DNA of 64,000 bases. It comes from Spirochaetales bacterium. Lineage in GTDB: Bacteria > Spirochaetota > Spirochaetia > JABEVK01. The position numbers and the translations under genes were made by a program. A model generated the notes under the pieces. The model made no database searches. It was given only the letters and a program-made list of their open reading frames with translations, and was not told the DNA's origin. Below are positions 28,512 to 38,132 of this stretch, piece by piece; the first letter of the stretch is position 1, and each line of letters starts with the position of its first letter. Location: assembly GCA_037142615.1 (NCBI GenBank), contig JBAXAI010000003.1:129028-193027 (forward strand), written 5' to 3'.

Positions 28512-31500
28512 TGGCGCGTCCCGGGAAGCAGTTCGACGACTTCGCGGTCTTTACCGGGGCAATCGAGCCACAAAGTGACCGGCAGACGGGTGGCGTTGTT
28601 CACACTCCCACGGAGGTTCCCGCTTGCCAAACGCAGGTTGACGCCGATTTCGCGGCCGTCCCAGCTTTCGTAGAGCGCCACGACAGGTTCATCGAGAACG
28701 ACCAGAAGGGTCAGCCGACTGTAGGCGTCCGTTTGATGGCCGACCGAACTGGGAAACCGCCCGCTGTCGCCCAGGTTGAGCGCAACGAGGCTCCCTGCGC
28801 GAACCCAAACGGGAAGCACTTCGAGCGGCGCAACCACATCGCGCACGGTCGGTCCCTCAACCCTGCTGCGGTCAAAAAGGCCGATCCAAGTTCCTGCTGG
28901 GAACACCACAGAGCGGGAAGCCACCCCTTCGTGGACCACGGGAGCCACCAGCAGGGCTCGGCCGAGCAGGTACTCGTCGTCGACGTGCCTGACGTTCTCG
29001 TCACCAGGGAACTCGAAGGCCAGCGCGCGCATGAGCGGCGTCCCGTCGACCACGCAGGCCCGTGCTTCGTCCCACAAATAGGGGAGCAAGTTCATACGGG
29101 CGTGGGCGAAGAAGCGGTACAGGGGCAAAACTCGGGGGTCACCCGTCCGCTCGGCGAGGTTCCACGGCGTGCGATCGCGGTTCTTTTCGCCTTTTGACTC
29201 GGCGTGGTATTGCATGATGGGGCAGAAGGCCGCCATCGCCGCGCTGCGCAAGAAAAGTTCTGCCGTGGGAATATCGCCGTTGAAACCTCCCAGGTCGAAG
29301 CCCCAGAAGGGCAAACCAGAAAAGCCGGCACTGAGCCCCGCCCTGATGGAGGCACGGAACGCTTCAAACGTGGACCTCTCGTCGCCGGCCCAGTGGGCGG
29401 GCACGGTGTGCGCGCCAACAAAACCAGCGCGCGAGAAGGTCAGCCCGTTCCCCCCTGTTTCCTGCTGAACGAACCGGTGGAAGGCTCCCACGTAGACGGC
29501 AGGGTAGCGGTTGCGCTGCGCGTTGTCGCCGTACACGCCTTCGCCCCCGTCGGACTTGACGCCATCGATCCCTAACTCGGTGAACCAATAACGGCGCTTG
29601 GCAAACCACCATTCGGCGGCGGCAGCGTTGTCAAAGTCAGGCACCAGACTGCGTTTGAACCATTCGAAGTCGGGAATCCGATAGGGGGTTCCATCCGGCT
29701 TCTTGACGGCAAAGCCCTTTTCGAGCATGTAGGCTTCGTCGTTGTCACGCTGGGTATGGGGCAGGCCGTCCATGTACTTCATCACCGGAGCCTGCCACAG
29801 CAAGACTTTGAGGCCCTGGTCGTGAAGTTTCTGGATCATGGCCTTGGGGTCGGGCCAGCGCCCCTGCTCAGGGAACTGAAAATCACCGAGCATGAAGCTC
29901 TCGCCGCCGGTCTTGGGTTCGTAGACCGCATCGTTGAACGCATAGAACGTGGCCTCGTCGCTCCACTGTTCCAACACCAGAACCGTCGCGGGGAGGTCAA
30001 GATCGACCGTTTTTTGGGCCTCGCGAAGCGTCAGAGCCTGGTTGTCCCAGTTGTTGCTGCTCATCCACGGCCCAAACGCCCACCGGGGCGGCAACTCGGC
30101 GGTGCCACTGCGGGCCTGCCAGGCGCCCGTCACCTGCTTGGGTGTCCCGGTGAGAAAGGTCAGTCCCGGGACCGTGCCCACCTCGGCCGGCTCGGCAATG
30201 ATTTCGACCAGCCCTCCGAGCCTGTCGCAAAAACCGACCTCAACCAAGGCGTCGGACTCGATGCAGACGCCGTAGCCACCGGCCCCACCCAGACTCTGGA
30301 AAAATGGCATGGGGATGTAGGCTCGGTCGCCCTGGTCGCGATATTGATTGAAGACCCACGAGTCGAGGCGGCGTCCCCGGTACCCGAGCGAAGCGAAGCG
30401 CTCACCCATGCCGTAGAACTCCTCGCCGGGCTGCACCCGCAGGCGCCAAGTGACCCGCAGCAGAGTTCCATCAGGACCCAGGTCGAGAGAGACCGCAGGA
30501 AGACCGGCGCCAGACCAACTTTGAGCCAGCGTGAGGCCGTTTTCCACAAGAACAAACCCGCCCTCAGCGCCGGGTTGAAGTCGCGCTTCGCCACCGGAGG
30601 CAAAAACGACCGGGAACGTCAGGCTGTCGGAAGCAACCACCGACCACCCCTTGCCGACTGGCTTGAGCCAGGCCGCGACACGCTTCCCGACACCGAAGGA
30701 CCACTGGGCCTCGCCAAGCTGATAGGCCACGTTCTGACCGGCCGCAAAGGGCCCCAGTTGGGCCTCCCAATAGCCTTCGGCCCCATCGCTCCCCACGTGC
30801 ACCAGGGGTACCTCAAACGAGCTTTGCTCTACGGTGACCCGTGCCACGACCGCTTCATCGGCCACGAACGGCCTAACCACGGCGCGGATGGTGACCAGTT
30901 CCCCCTCGACCGGTTGGAACGGCAGCCGCGCTCGGTCGTTCGTCAGGTAGCGGTTGCCGTGGCCCTCGGGGACGTGGAGAATCTGGGGTCCCTGGCGGTG
31001 TGTCCCCACGTTATTGCCCGCTTCAAGGCGCTCCAAGTTCTGAACGGCCAAGCGGCGCAACGCACTATCAGGAGCCAGCGCCAGCAATTGGCGGGAGCGC
31101 GAGGTCTCACCCCGTTCTGAAAAATACCACGCCAGCAGGGCATTCAGGTCACCGCGCGGGGTACCCCCGAGCAGCGCGGTGTCGGCCGAAAAGGCGAACC
31201 CGCCGCGGTAGTTTTTCTGCTCCAGGCGCGACACCGTTTCGACCATGATTTGGTTGCCGGCGTCCATCAAGCCGAAGGGCACCGAACACAACACGATGTC
31301 GCTGAACAGCTGTTCCCCGCCTAGCCGGGATTTCAGCATTCCTCCTTGAAGGAACTCGCGGAAGAACAGCCCCTTGAGCTCGGGCAGCAGCCTGACGGCC
31401 TCGGCGGAATTGGTCACGTTGCGGTACGAAGACAAGGCGCCGTAGGCCAGCGCCAGAAACGGCGCATACAAACCGTCCAGCCCAACGTCGAGCCAGTTGG

Positions 31501-31750
31501 GCCGCGCCAAGGTGTATTCGCGGCCCACCCGGGCGACGATGGCGTCGAGAGCAGAGCGCCGAGCCGAGACCGCCGCCGACCCCACTTCGCTGGCGAGCCA
31601 CAGCAGCCAAGTCTGGGCCACAAGGTCCACAGTTGTGTTTGTGTCGCGCCCCTCAAACTCGGCCAGCGAGGCCGACTGAAAGCGCCCGGCGCGGAGTTCG
31701 TACAGGACTTCAAACCCCCGAGTCCAGGGGTCGAAGGGTTGGTTGTTCAT
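28505..31750 (-). CDS. GH31 alpha-glucosidase with N-terminal extra domain (cycloalternan-degrading enzyme-like)
   Basis: WAFGPWMSSNNWD, EQWSDEATFY, GVKSDGGE nucleophile, HWAGDERST, FWGFDLGGF, FCPIMQYHAE. Confidence 0.85.
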   Translation of the reverse strand: MNNQPFDPWTRGFEVLYELRAGRFQSASLAEFEGRDTNTTVDLVAQTWLLWLASEVGSAAVSARRSALDAIVARVGREYTLARPNWLDVGLDGLYAPFLALAYGALSSYRNVTNSAEAVRLLPELKGLFFREFLQGGMLKSRLGGEQLFSDIVLCSVPFGLMDAGNQIMVETVSRLEQKNYRGGFAFSADTALLGGTPRGDLNALLAWYFSERGETSRSRQLLALAPDSALRRLAVQNLERLEAGNNVGTHRQGPQILHVPEGHGNRYLTNDRARLPFQPVEGELVTIRAVVRPFVADEAVVARVTVEQSSFEVPLVHVGSDGAEGYWEAQLGPFAAGQNVAYQLGEAQWSFGVGKRVAAWLKPVGKGWSVVASDSLTFPVVFASGGEARLQPGAEGGFVLVENGLTLAQSWSGAGLPAVSLDLGPDGTLLRVTWRLRVQPGEEFYGMGERFASLGYRGRRLDSWVFNQYRDQGDRAYIPMPFFQSLGGAGGYGVCIESDALVEVGFCDRLGGLVEIIAEPAEVGTVPGLTFLTGTPKQVTGAWQARSGTAELPPRWAFGPWMSSNNWDNQALTLREAQKTVDLDLPATVLVLEQWSDEATFYAFNDAVYEPKTGGESFMLGDFQFPEQGRWPDPKAMIQKLHDQGLKVLLWQAPVMKYMDGLPHTQRDNDEAYMLEKGFAVKKPDGTPYRIPDFEWFKRSLVPDFDNAAAAEWWFAKRRYWFTELGIDGVKSDGGEGVYGDNAQRNRYPAVYVGAFHRFVQQETGGNGLTFSRAGFVGAHTVPAHWAGDERSTFEAFRASIRAGLSAGFSGLPFWGFDLGGFNGDIPTAELFLRSAAMAAFCPIMQYHAESKGEKNRDRTPWNLAERTGDPRVLPLYRFFAHARMNLLPYLWDEARACVVDGTPLMRALAFEFPGDENVRHVDDEYLLGRALLVAPVVHEGVASRSVVFPAGTWIGLFDRSRVEGPTVRDVVAPLEVLPVWVRAGSLVALNLGDSGRFPSSVGHQTDAYSRLTLLVVLDEPVVALYESWDGREIGVNLRLASGNLRGSVNNATRLPVTLWLDCPGKDREVVELLPGTRQW

Positions 31751-31754
31751 GGGA

Positions 31755-32576
31755 CTATCCTTTGAGGCCGCCGGTCTGAAGACCGGACTGAAAGTATTTC
31801 TGAGCGAAGGCGTAGACGCCCAAAATGGGTAGCATCGACAACAGGCTGCCCGCCATCAGCACGTTAAAACGGGTGGAGTACTGTCCGTTGAGTTGGTTGA
31901 GGGCAAGGCTGAGGGTCATCTTTTCGGGGTCGGTGAGGATGACCAAGGGCCAAAAGTAGTCGTTCCAAGCTCCAAGGAAGACAATGACCGCGAGCGAAAC
32001 CAGCGTGACCTGCCCCAGCGGAAGGATGACGCGGGTGAACGTGCGCCAGGTGCTGGCCCCGTCGAGCCGCGCGGCGTCGAGGTAGTCCTCGGGTATCGTG
32101 GCAAACTGCTGGCGCAGCAAAAAGATCCCGAACGCGTTGAACAGCGAGGGCAGCAACAGCCCCTGCCAGGTGCCGATGAGCGAAAGTTTGCTCAGAAGGA
32201 TGAACAACGGGATGGTTGTCACCTGCATCGGAATCATCAGGGCTGCGAGGTAGAGTGCAAACACCGCCTCGCGGCCACGGAACTTGAGCTTGGCAAAGCC
32301 GAAGGCCGCCATCGCCGACGAAAACACGGTGAGGGTCATCGTGCAGATCGCCACGAAGAGCGTGTTGAGTAGCGCCCGGGTGAACGGAATGAGCTCGAAC
32401 ACCTTGAGGTAGCCGTCCCAGCTGGGTTTTTCGGGCAGCCATTGCACCGGCAGCGCCATCAACGCGCCGCGGGCCTTGAACGAGGTGCTCAGCATCCAAA
32501 AGAACGGCAGCAGAACAAAAGCCGCCACCAACGAGGCCGTCAGGTACCAGAAGAACGACCGCAAGGGTTTACGCAT
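31755..32576 (-). CDS. Carbohydrate ABC permease (MalG-type)
   Basis: YLDAARLDGA, WNDYFWP, GGLKG end. Confidence 0.95.
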   Translation of the reverse strand: MRKPLRSFFWYLTASLVAAFVLLPFFWMLSTSFKARGALMALPVQWLPEKPSWDGYLKVFELIPFTRALLNTLFVAICTMTLTVFSSAMAAFGFAKLKFRGREAVFALYLAALMIPMQVTTIPLFILLSKLSLIGTWQGLLLPSLFNAFGIFLLRQQFATIPEDYLDAARLDGASTWRTFTRVILPLGQVTLVSLAVIVFLGAWNDYFWPLVILTDPEKMTLSLALNQLNGQYSTRFNVLMAGSLLSMLPILGVYAFAQKYFQSGLQTGGLKG

Positions 32577-33492
32577 CGTAGTTCACCCAGCGGCTCTGAA
32601 TGCGCAGTTGCGCCCACGTGAACCCGAAAATGATGACGAACAGCAGCCACGACCAGGCCGTGGCGAGGCCCATCTTGTAGTACTTGAACGCGTAGGTATA
32701 AATGCGCTCCACCATCACCTGCGTCGCTCCCTGAGGCTGCCCGGGAGGCATGCCATCGATCGTAGTCATCACCATGATCTGCGGGAACAGCTGAAATGAG
32801 TTGATGAGCGTGATCACCATGACCAAGAACAGCACCGGAGTCAGCAAGGGAAGAGTCACCCGGAAGAACTTCTGGCTGGTGCTGGCGCCGTCGAGGTCGG
32901 CAGCCTCGTAGTAGGTGGGGCTGATGTTCGCTAGCCCTCCCAACACAATGAGGGAGAAAAAGCCCACGTCTTTCCACAAGCTGGTGAGCACAATGCCGGG
33001 CATGGCCCAGGCGGTGTCGCTCAGCCAACCCGGGCCGGTAATGCCTACCAGACCCAACAGCAGGTTGAGCAAGCCGTACTGAGGGCTCAGGATCCACTTC
33101 CAGATCAGCGCACCAGCCACCCACGAGGTGAGCACCGGAATGTAGTACAAGACTCGGTAGAAGGAAGCTCCGCGTCGGCGGGCGTTCAGCAACAGCGACA
33201 CAGCCAACGCCGCCCCCAAAATCATTGGCACGTACAAAACGATGAAGTAGACCGTGTTGCCGAGCACCTTCCAGAACTCTTCACCGCCGAGAACTTCGGA
33301 GTAGTTGCCAAGCCCGACCCAAGACGACAGAAGTCCTTCCCAACTCAGGGTCACCAGCCCGTCCCAAGTGGTCAGGCTGAGCCCGAACGAGGCCACGATG
33401 GGCAGAAGGCTGAACACCAACAGCCCCACTGCCGAAGGAAGCAGGAAGAGGATTGCCGTCGGCCAGCCCCTTCCACCCATCGTGTTTTTCAT
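32569..33492 (-). CDS. Carbohydrate ABC permease (MalF-type)
   Basis: VGLGNY, YYEAADLDGA; start moved to ATG 33492. Confidence 0.95.
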   Translation of the reverse strand: MKNTMGGRGWPTAILFLLPSAVGLLVFSLLPIVASFGLSLTTWDGLVTLSWEGLLSSWVGLGNYSEVLGGEEFWKVLGNTVYFIVLYVPMILGAALAVSLLLNARRRGASFYRVLYYIPVLTSWVAGALIWKWILSPQYGLLNLLLGLVGITGPGWLSDTAWAMPGIVLTSLWKDVGFFSLIVLGGLANISPTYYEAADLDGASTSQKFFRVTLPLLTPVLFLVMVITLINSFQLFPQIMVMTTIDGMPPGQPQGATQVMVERIYTYAFKYYKMGLATAWSWLLFVIIFGFTWAQLRIQSRWVNYDA

Positions 33493-33499
33493 GCGTGCC

Positions 33500-34738
33500 T
33501 CACAACTTGATCTTGGCGTCGAGGGCTTTCTGGGCGTCCTGAAGCGCTTGCTGAGGCGTCTTCTTGCCGTCCTTGGCCGCCGAAAGTTCATTACCCAGAA
33601 TATCTGTCATTTCCTGGCTCTGGTCGACCACGGGGGGTGTAACAAGGTAGTCGAGCGACTTGAACACGGCAGCCCGGTTGGCTGGAGGCGTCGCGGAGTT
33701 GTACTTGGCCACAATCTCGGTCGAACTGATCGCCGGCAGTTCCCAGGCGGCGTCGAGGCGAAGGTTGGCGGCTTCTTTGCTGCTGGCCATAAACTGGGCC
33801 CAGGCCAACGCGGCCTTGGCGTTCTTGGTAGCCTTGTTGATCACCAGACCATTGGCGAAGAAGTGGGTGGCCTTGGCCGTGTTGCCGGGCTCGACCTGCA
33901 CGTCCCAATCGAAGGTATTGTCGCGGATGAAGTCGCCAAAGGCCCAAATGCCCGTGACGATCATACCCAGGCGACCGCTCTTGAATAAGTCCCAGTCACC
34001 CATGCCGCCCATCTGCGCGGTGGTGGGAATCACGTTGGTCTTGTTGTAGCGGTCCACCATGACTTGCAGGGTTGCGATGTTGGCTGCCGAGCTCACCGTG
34101 AAACGCTTCCCATCGGCGCTCATGAGCGAGCCGCCATTCTGACGAACCACCTTGTAGAACTCCCAGAACTGGATAGGTTGGAACAGGCCGTAAGTGTTCT
34201 TGTCGAGCGCGCGGATCTTGACGGCGGCGGCATCCATGTCCTTCCAGGTCCAGCTTTCGGTCGGGTAGGCCACTTTGGCCTTATCAAAGAGGTCCTTGTT
34301 GTAGAACAGCAAAACCGTCGAGAAGCTTTCGGGCAGGCCATAGGTCTTTCCGTTGTAGGTGAACGCAGCAGCAGCCTTGGGAGCCAAAACCTTCGTATCA
34401 AACTTCGTGTCGGCAAACAACGGCCCGAGTTCGAGGAGCAGGTTGCGCTTGGCATAGCTGACGAAGTTGTCGTAGTTGAGCTCGAACGCATCGGGCAACG
34501 TGCCGGCGGCAGCGCGGGTCTGCAACTGGGTAAAGTAGTCGGCATAGGCCACCGACTCGATGTTCACCTTGATGGTGGGGTTGGCCTTCTCGAAGGCCGC
34601 CTTCATGGCGTTCAGCGTTACCGCCGTGTCGCCCGAGCCCGAAAAATTGAAGTAGCTGATGGTCTGAGCACCCGCCACTCCCGACAGCGATAGCACGACC
34701 AGCGCCGTCATAAGCATCTTGAACAAGTTTCCTTTCAT
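33500..34738 (-). CDS. Carbohydrate ABC substrate-binding protein
   Basis: Signal peptide; DYFTQLQT, PDAFELNY, LFYNKDLFD, TGIWAF. Confidence 0.93.
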   Translation of the reverse strand: MKGNLFKMLMTALVVLSLSGVAGAQTISYFNFSGSGDTAVTLNAMKAAFEKANPTIKVNIESVAYADYFTQLQTRAAAGTLPDAFELNYDNFVSYAKRNLLLELGPLFADTKFDTKVLAPKAAAAFTYNGKTYGLPESFSTVLLFYNKDLFDKAKVAYPTESWTWKDMDAAAVKIRALDKNTYGLFQPIQFWEFYKVVRQNGGSLMSADGKRFTVSSAANIATLQVMVDRYNKTNVIPTTAQMGGMGDWDLFKSGRLGMIVTGIWAFGDFIRDNTFDWDVQVEPGNTAKATHFFANGLVINKATKNAKAALAWAQFMASSKEAANLRLDAAWELPAISSTEIVAKYNSATPPANRAAVFKSLDYLVTPPVVDQSQEMTDILGNELSAAKDGKKTPQQALQDAQKALDAKIKL

Positions 34739-34812
34739 TGGAAACCTCCTTGGTTGTCTTCAGGCTCCCCAACAACGGGGGGTCCTTTTTCTCAAAGCAC
34801 TTCTTTCCGTTT

Positions 34813-34828
34813 ATGCAATCGCTTGCAT
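34813..34828. promoter_or_regulatory. LacI-type operator upstream of SBP operon
   Basis: ATGCAATCGCTTGCAT, CG-centred near-palindrome; near-identical copy at 35881. Confidence 0.75.
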
Positions 34829-34846
34829 TTCACGTTCAAAAACAAA

Positions 34847-35866
34847 TCAGGTCGCTCGGAGCATCAACTCCGGGCGAATGAGCCGGTGCTCGGGCGCGGG
34901 CCGCGCGCCGCCGAGCAACTCGAGCAAACGATGGCAGGCCAGTTCGGTAATCTCCTGCAGGGGTTGGCGCACTGTGGTGAGGGCCGGCATGAAGCCCTTG
35001 CCTAGTTCGATGTCGTCATAGCCAACCACGCGCACTTCGCTGGGAACCTCGACTCCAGCCAACCCCAACGCCTGCAGGGTTCCCAGCGCCATCAAGTCCG
35101 TTTGGCAGAATACGCCGCGGTAGGGACTTCCAAAGGAACGAGCCTGGACCACGCGGCGAGCCACCTCGCCCGAACCGTACTCAAAGCTACAGTCGCCGAA
35201 GACGACGTCGATGTCGGTCTTGCTGCGTCCAGCCTCGGCCCAGGCGCTGAAGAACCCCTCGCTGCGGGCGTCAAACTCTTCGCCGATGGCCGAAACCAGC
35301 AGGACGCGCCCCGCCCCGCTGGACAGCAGCGCCTGGGCTGCCAACCTCCCTCCCGCCACATGGTCGGTGCAAAAGTAGTCGGCATCGGGAGCCAGGGTGT
35401 CTTCGGGGTGTTTGTGCAAGAACACGAAGGGGATTCCGGCCGCCCGCAGGCAGTCTTGGTCGGCCCGGTCCATCTCGTTGTTCACCACGAGCATGCCGTC
35501 GATTTTCCGGGCCATCACCAACTTTTGTACGTTGCTTTCGCCCGTCGTCCGGCTCCGAGGAAACGCCACCAACACATCAACCTGCGCTCGTTCGAGCACG
35601 TTCCGGATGTGGCTTTGCAGCGAACTGAAAAAGAGATTGATCGAAAAACGCTCAAAGTAATCGGGAAAGATGAGCGCGATGGTGCCGGTTTGCCCCAAGC
35701 TCAGGCCACGTGCGCTGGCATTGAACGAAAAACCCTGTTCGCGGGCAATTCTCTGGATGACCCGCCGGGTCTCATCGGGGATGAGGGGGCTGTCGTTGAG
35801 GCTTCGCGACACGGTGGAGGTGCTGACTCCCGCTAACCTGGCAATGTCCTTCAACGTGACCGGCAT
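34847..35866 (-). CDS. LacI-family transcriptional regulator
   Basis: VTLKDIARLAGVSTSTVSRSLN, VVGYDD, LTTVRQP. Confidence 0.95.
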   Translation of the reverse strand: MPVTLKDIARLAGVSTSTVSRSLNDSPLIPDETRRVIQRIAREQGFSFNASARGLSLGQTGTIALIFPDYFERFSINLFFSSLQSHIRNVLERAQVDVLVAFPRSRTTGESNVQKLVMARKIDGMLVVNNEMDRADQDCLRAAGIPFVFLHKHPEDTLAPDADYFCTDHVAGGRLAAQALLSSGAGRVLLVSAIGEEFDARSEGFFSAWAEAGRSKTDIDVVFGDCSFEYGSGEVARRVVQARSFGSPYRGVFCQTDLMALGTLQALGLAGVEVPSEVRVVGYDDIELGKGFMPALTTVRQPLQEITELACHRLLELLGGARPAPEHRLIRPELMLRAT

Positions 35867-35880
35867 CCGACTCCCCGTTC

Positions 35881-35896
35881 ATGCAACCGCTTGCAC
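35881..35896. promoter_or_regulatory. LacI-type operator upstream of lacI (autoregulation)
   Basis: ATGCAACCGCTTGCAC, 14/16 identical to 34813-34828. Confidence 0.75.
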
Positions 35897-35969
35897 GACT
35901 AGGCCAACGATAGACCCGTCCTGGAAATCTGTAAAGGACTTTTTTCAAGTTTCGGTGGACAATGGCAGC

Positions 35970-36773
35970 ATGTTGCTCTTCGATTGGCTACCCTATCCCT
36001 TTTCGCGCGCGGCTCGCCGCCGCAAACTTCTCGCCACCTCCCGCCTGGCAGACGACCTGTGGACCGAGTTGGTGGAGCAGCACCCCATCGTGACTCGGTT
36101 GGCCGTCGACGACTTGAATCGGCTTCGCGACCTTTCGACCATCTTTCTGGCCGAAAAGCAGTTCGAAACCGTTCGAGGTCTGACCCTCGATGAGCTTCAA
36201 AAGGCCAGCCTCGCGCTGCAGGCCTGTTTGCCGGTGCTGAACCTGGGCATCGACTGGTACAACGACTGGAGCACGCTGATCCTTGTCCCCAAAGAGTTTA
36301 AAGAGAAGATGGAGACCCCAGACGGCCACCTGGTGCACGAGACCAACGAGGAGCTTGGCGGCGAAGTGATGCCTCTGGGGCCGGTGATCCTCAGTTGGCG
36401 CGACATCGAAGATTCGGGGTGGGGCGACGGCTACAACGTCGTCATCCACGAGATGGCGCACAAGCTCGACGGCCGCAGCGGTGGCGTCGACGGCTGCCCC
36501 CCTCTGCACCGCGGCATGGATTTCGACGAGTGGAAAACGGTGTTCACCCAAGCCTTTACCGACCTGGAGCGCAAGGCCCGCCGTCTTGGGCGCCGCGCTG
36601 AGAAAGAGCTGGCCATCGACCCCTACGCCGCCACCGACCCCGGGGAGTTTTTCGCCGTCTGCAGCGAGACGTTTTTCGAGACGCCCAAAGCGCTGGCCAA
36701 GGAATACCCCGAGGTGTACCGGCTTCTGACGCTGTTTTATCGCCAGGAACCGATCCCCCCCGTGCAGGCGTGA
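35970..36773 (+). CDS. MtfA-like zinc peptidase (M90)
   Basis: NVVIHEMAHKLD, DPYAATDPGEFFAV.SE.FF. Confidence 0.9.
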   Translation: MLLFDWLPYPFSRAARRRKLLATSRLADDLWTELVEQHPIVTRLAVDDLNRLRDLSTIFLAEKQFETVRGLTLDELQKASLALQACLPVLNLGIDWYNDWSTLILVPKEFKEKMETPDGHLVHETNEELGGEVMPLGPVILSWRDIEDSGWGDGYNVVIHEMAHKLDGRSGGVDGCPPLHRGMDFDEWKTVFTQAFTDLERKARRLGRRAEKELAIDPYAATDPGEFFAVCSETFFETPKALAKEYPEVYRLLTLFYRQEPIPPVQA

Positions 36774-36822
36774 AAACCCGCGCCTTTGGCAGTACCTTGT
36801 TGACGACCACCGAGGAGATTCC

Positions 36823-37620
36823 ATGCGTCCGTCCACTTTTTGGCCCCTTGCGCCCGCCAGCCTCGCCCTTGCGCTCCTGATCGTCAGTCCGCCACTCTTC
36901 GCCGAGCCCAATGCCAGCCAGTGGACGGTCGTCAAAAAGTACGACGGCAAAACGTTCAGCACGCAGGGCCTGAAAAAACTCACGACGCAGGCCAACGGCT
37001 GGTCGCAGTACGAGTTCACCGACGGGCGTAGCTTGTGGGAAAACGTCGGAAAGGGCTACTTCGCCGTGATCGAAACTGACGGCACGCAGATCTACCGCTT
37101 CGCAGCCAACGAGTACAGCTACCAGTTTCCCGATGGACGCACCATCACCACCGACCCGGTCAAGGGCACCAGGTCGTGGAACGTGGGCAATGGCGACCCC
37201 GCGCCCGACTTTGACCTGCCCACCCTCGACGGCAAGTCAGCGGTCAAGCTGAGCTCGCTTCGGGGCAAGGTGGTGTTCCTCGACTTTTGGGCCAGCTGGT
37301 GCGGCCCCTGCCAGAACGCCCTTCCGGGCACCGAGGCGCTGTATAAACAGTTTCAAGGCAAGGGGTTGCAAGTGCTGGGCATCAACATCGAGGGCGACGC
37401 TGCCAAGGCGGTCCAGAACGCTAAGACCTTGGGGCTCACCTTCCCCAGCCTCATGGCGAAGAACGGCCCCGAGGGAGCCAACTGGGGCACGGTGCAAATC
37501 GCCGAGTACGGCGTCACCGGCATTCCGCACGGCTTCCTCATCGACAAAAAGGGCATCATCCGTGCCAGCGACACGCTTGTGGACGACAAGGCACTCATCC
37601 AAAAGCTTCTGGCGGAATGA
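36823..37620 (+). CDS. Secreted TlpA-family thiol-disulfide reductase with extra N-terminal beta-rich domain
   Basis: Signal peptide; APDFDL, DFWASWCGPC, GIP. Confidence 0.88.
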   Translation: MRPSTFWPLAPASLALALLIVSPPLFAEPNASQWTVVKKYDGKTFSTQGLKKLTTQANGWSQYEFTDGRSLWENVGKGYFAVIETDGTQIYRFAANEYSYQFPDGRTITTDPVKGTRSWNVGNGDPAPDFDLPTLDGKSAVKLSSLRGKVVFLDFWASWCGPCQNALPGTEALYKQFQGKGLQVLGINIEGDAAKAVQNAKTLGLTFPSLMAKNGPEGANWGTVQIAEYGVTGIPHGFLIDKKGIIRASDTLVDDKALIQKLLAE

Positions 37621-37627
37621 AGGCGTC

Positions 37628-38104
37628 ATGAACACTTGGCTGATGAAAATCGAACCTTCGATCACTTCGATCGACGACCTGGCCGCGCTCCCCGGCCAGA
37701 CGGTCGGTTGGTACGGCGTGCGCAACTACTTGGCCCGCAATTACATGCGTGACCAAATGCGCCTCGGCGACCTGGCCTTCTACTACCATTCGAGCTGCCC
37801 CGAACCCGGCATCGCGGGCGTGGTGCGCGTGAGCCGCGAAAGCTACGCCGACCCGACGCAGTTTGACCCCGAAAGCGAGTACTTCGACCCCAAGGCGACC
37901 AGGGCGGCACCGCGCTGGTTCCAGGTCGAGGTGACGCTGGTCCGTAAGTTCCCGCTGGTGCCACTCTCGGTGCTGAGGCAGACCGCCGGGCTCGAGCAGA
38001 TGGTGGTGCTGCAGCGTGGTAACCGCCTGTCGATCACCCCCGTCTCTGTGAAGGAATGGCGAATTCTCACCGGTTCATTGGATATCATTCCCGGTGTGAA
38101 TTAG
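37628..38104 (+). CDS. EVE domain protein
   Basis: WLMKIEP, W.GVRNYLARN, FYYHSSC, YFDPK, RLSITPV. Confidence 0.93.
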   Translation: MNTWLMKIEPSITSIDDLAALPGQTVGWYGVRNYLARNYMRDQMRLGDLAFYYHSSCPEPGIAGVVRVSRESYADPTQFDPESEYFDPKATRAAPRWFQVEVTLVRKFPLVPLSVLRQTAGLEQMVVLQRGNRLSITPVSVKEWRILTGSLDIIPGVN

Positions 38105-38132
38105 TATTCGTTTTTAAGTGGAGGATTTCCCG

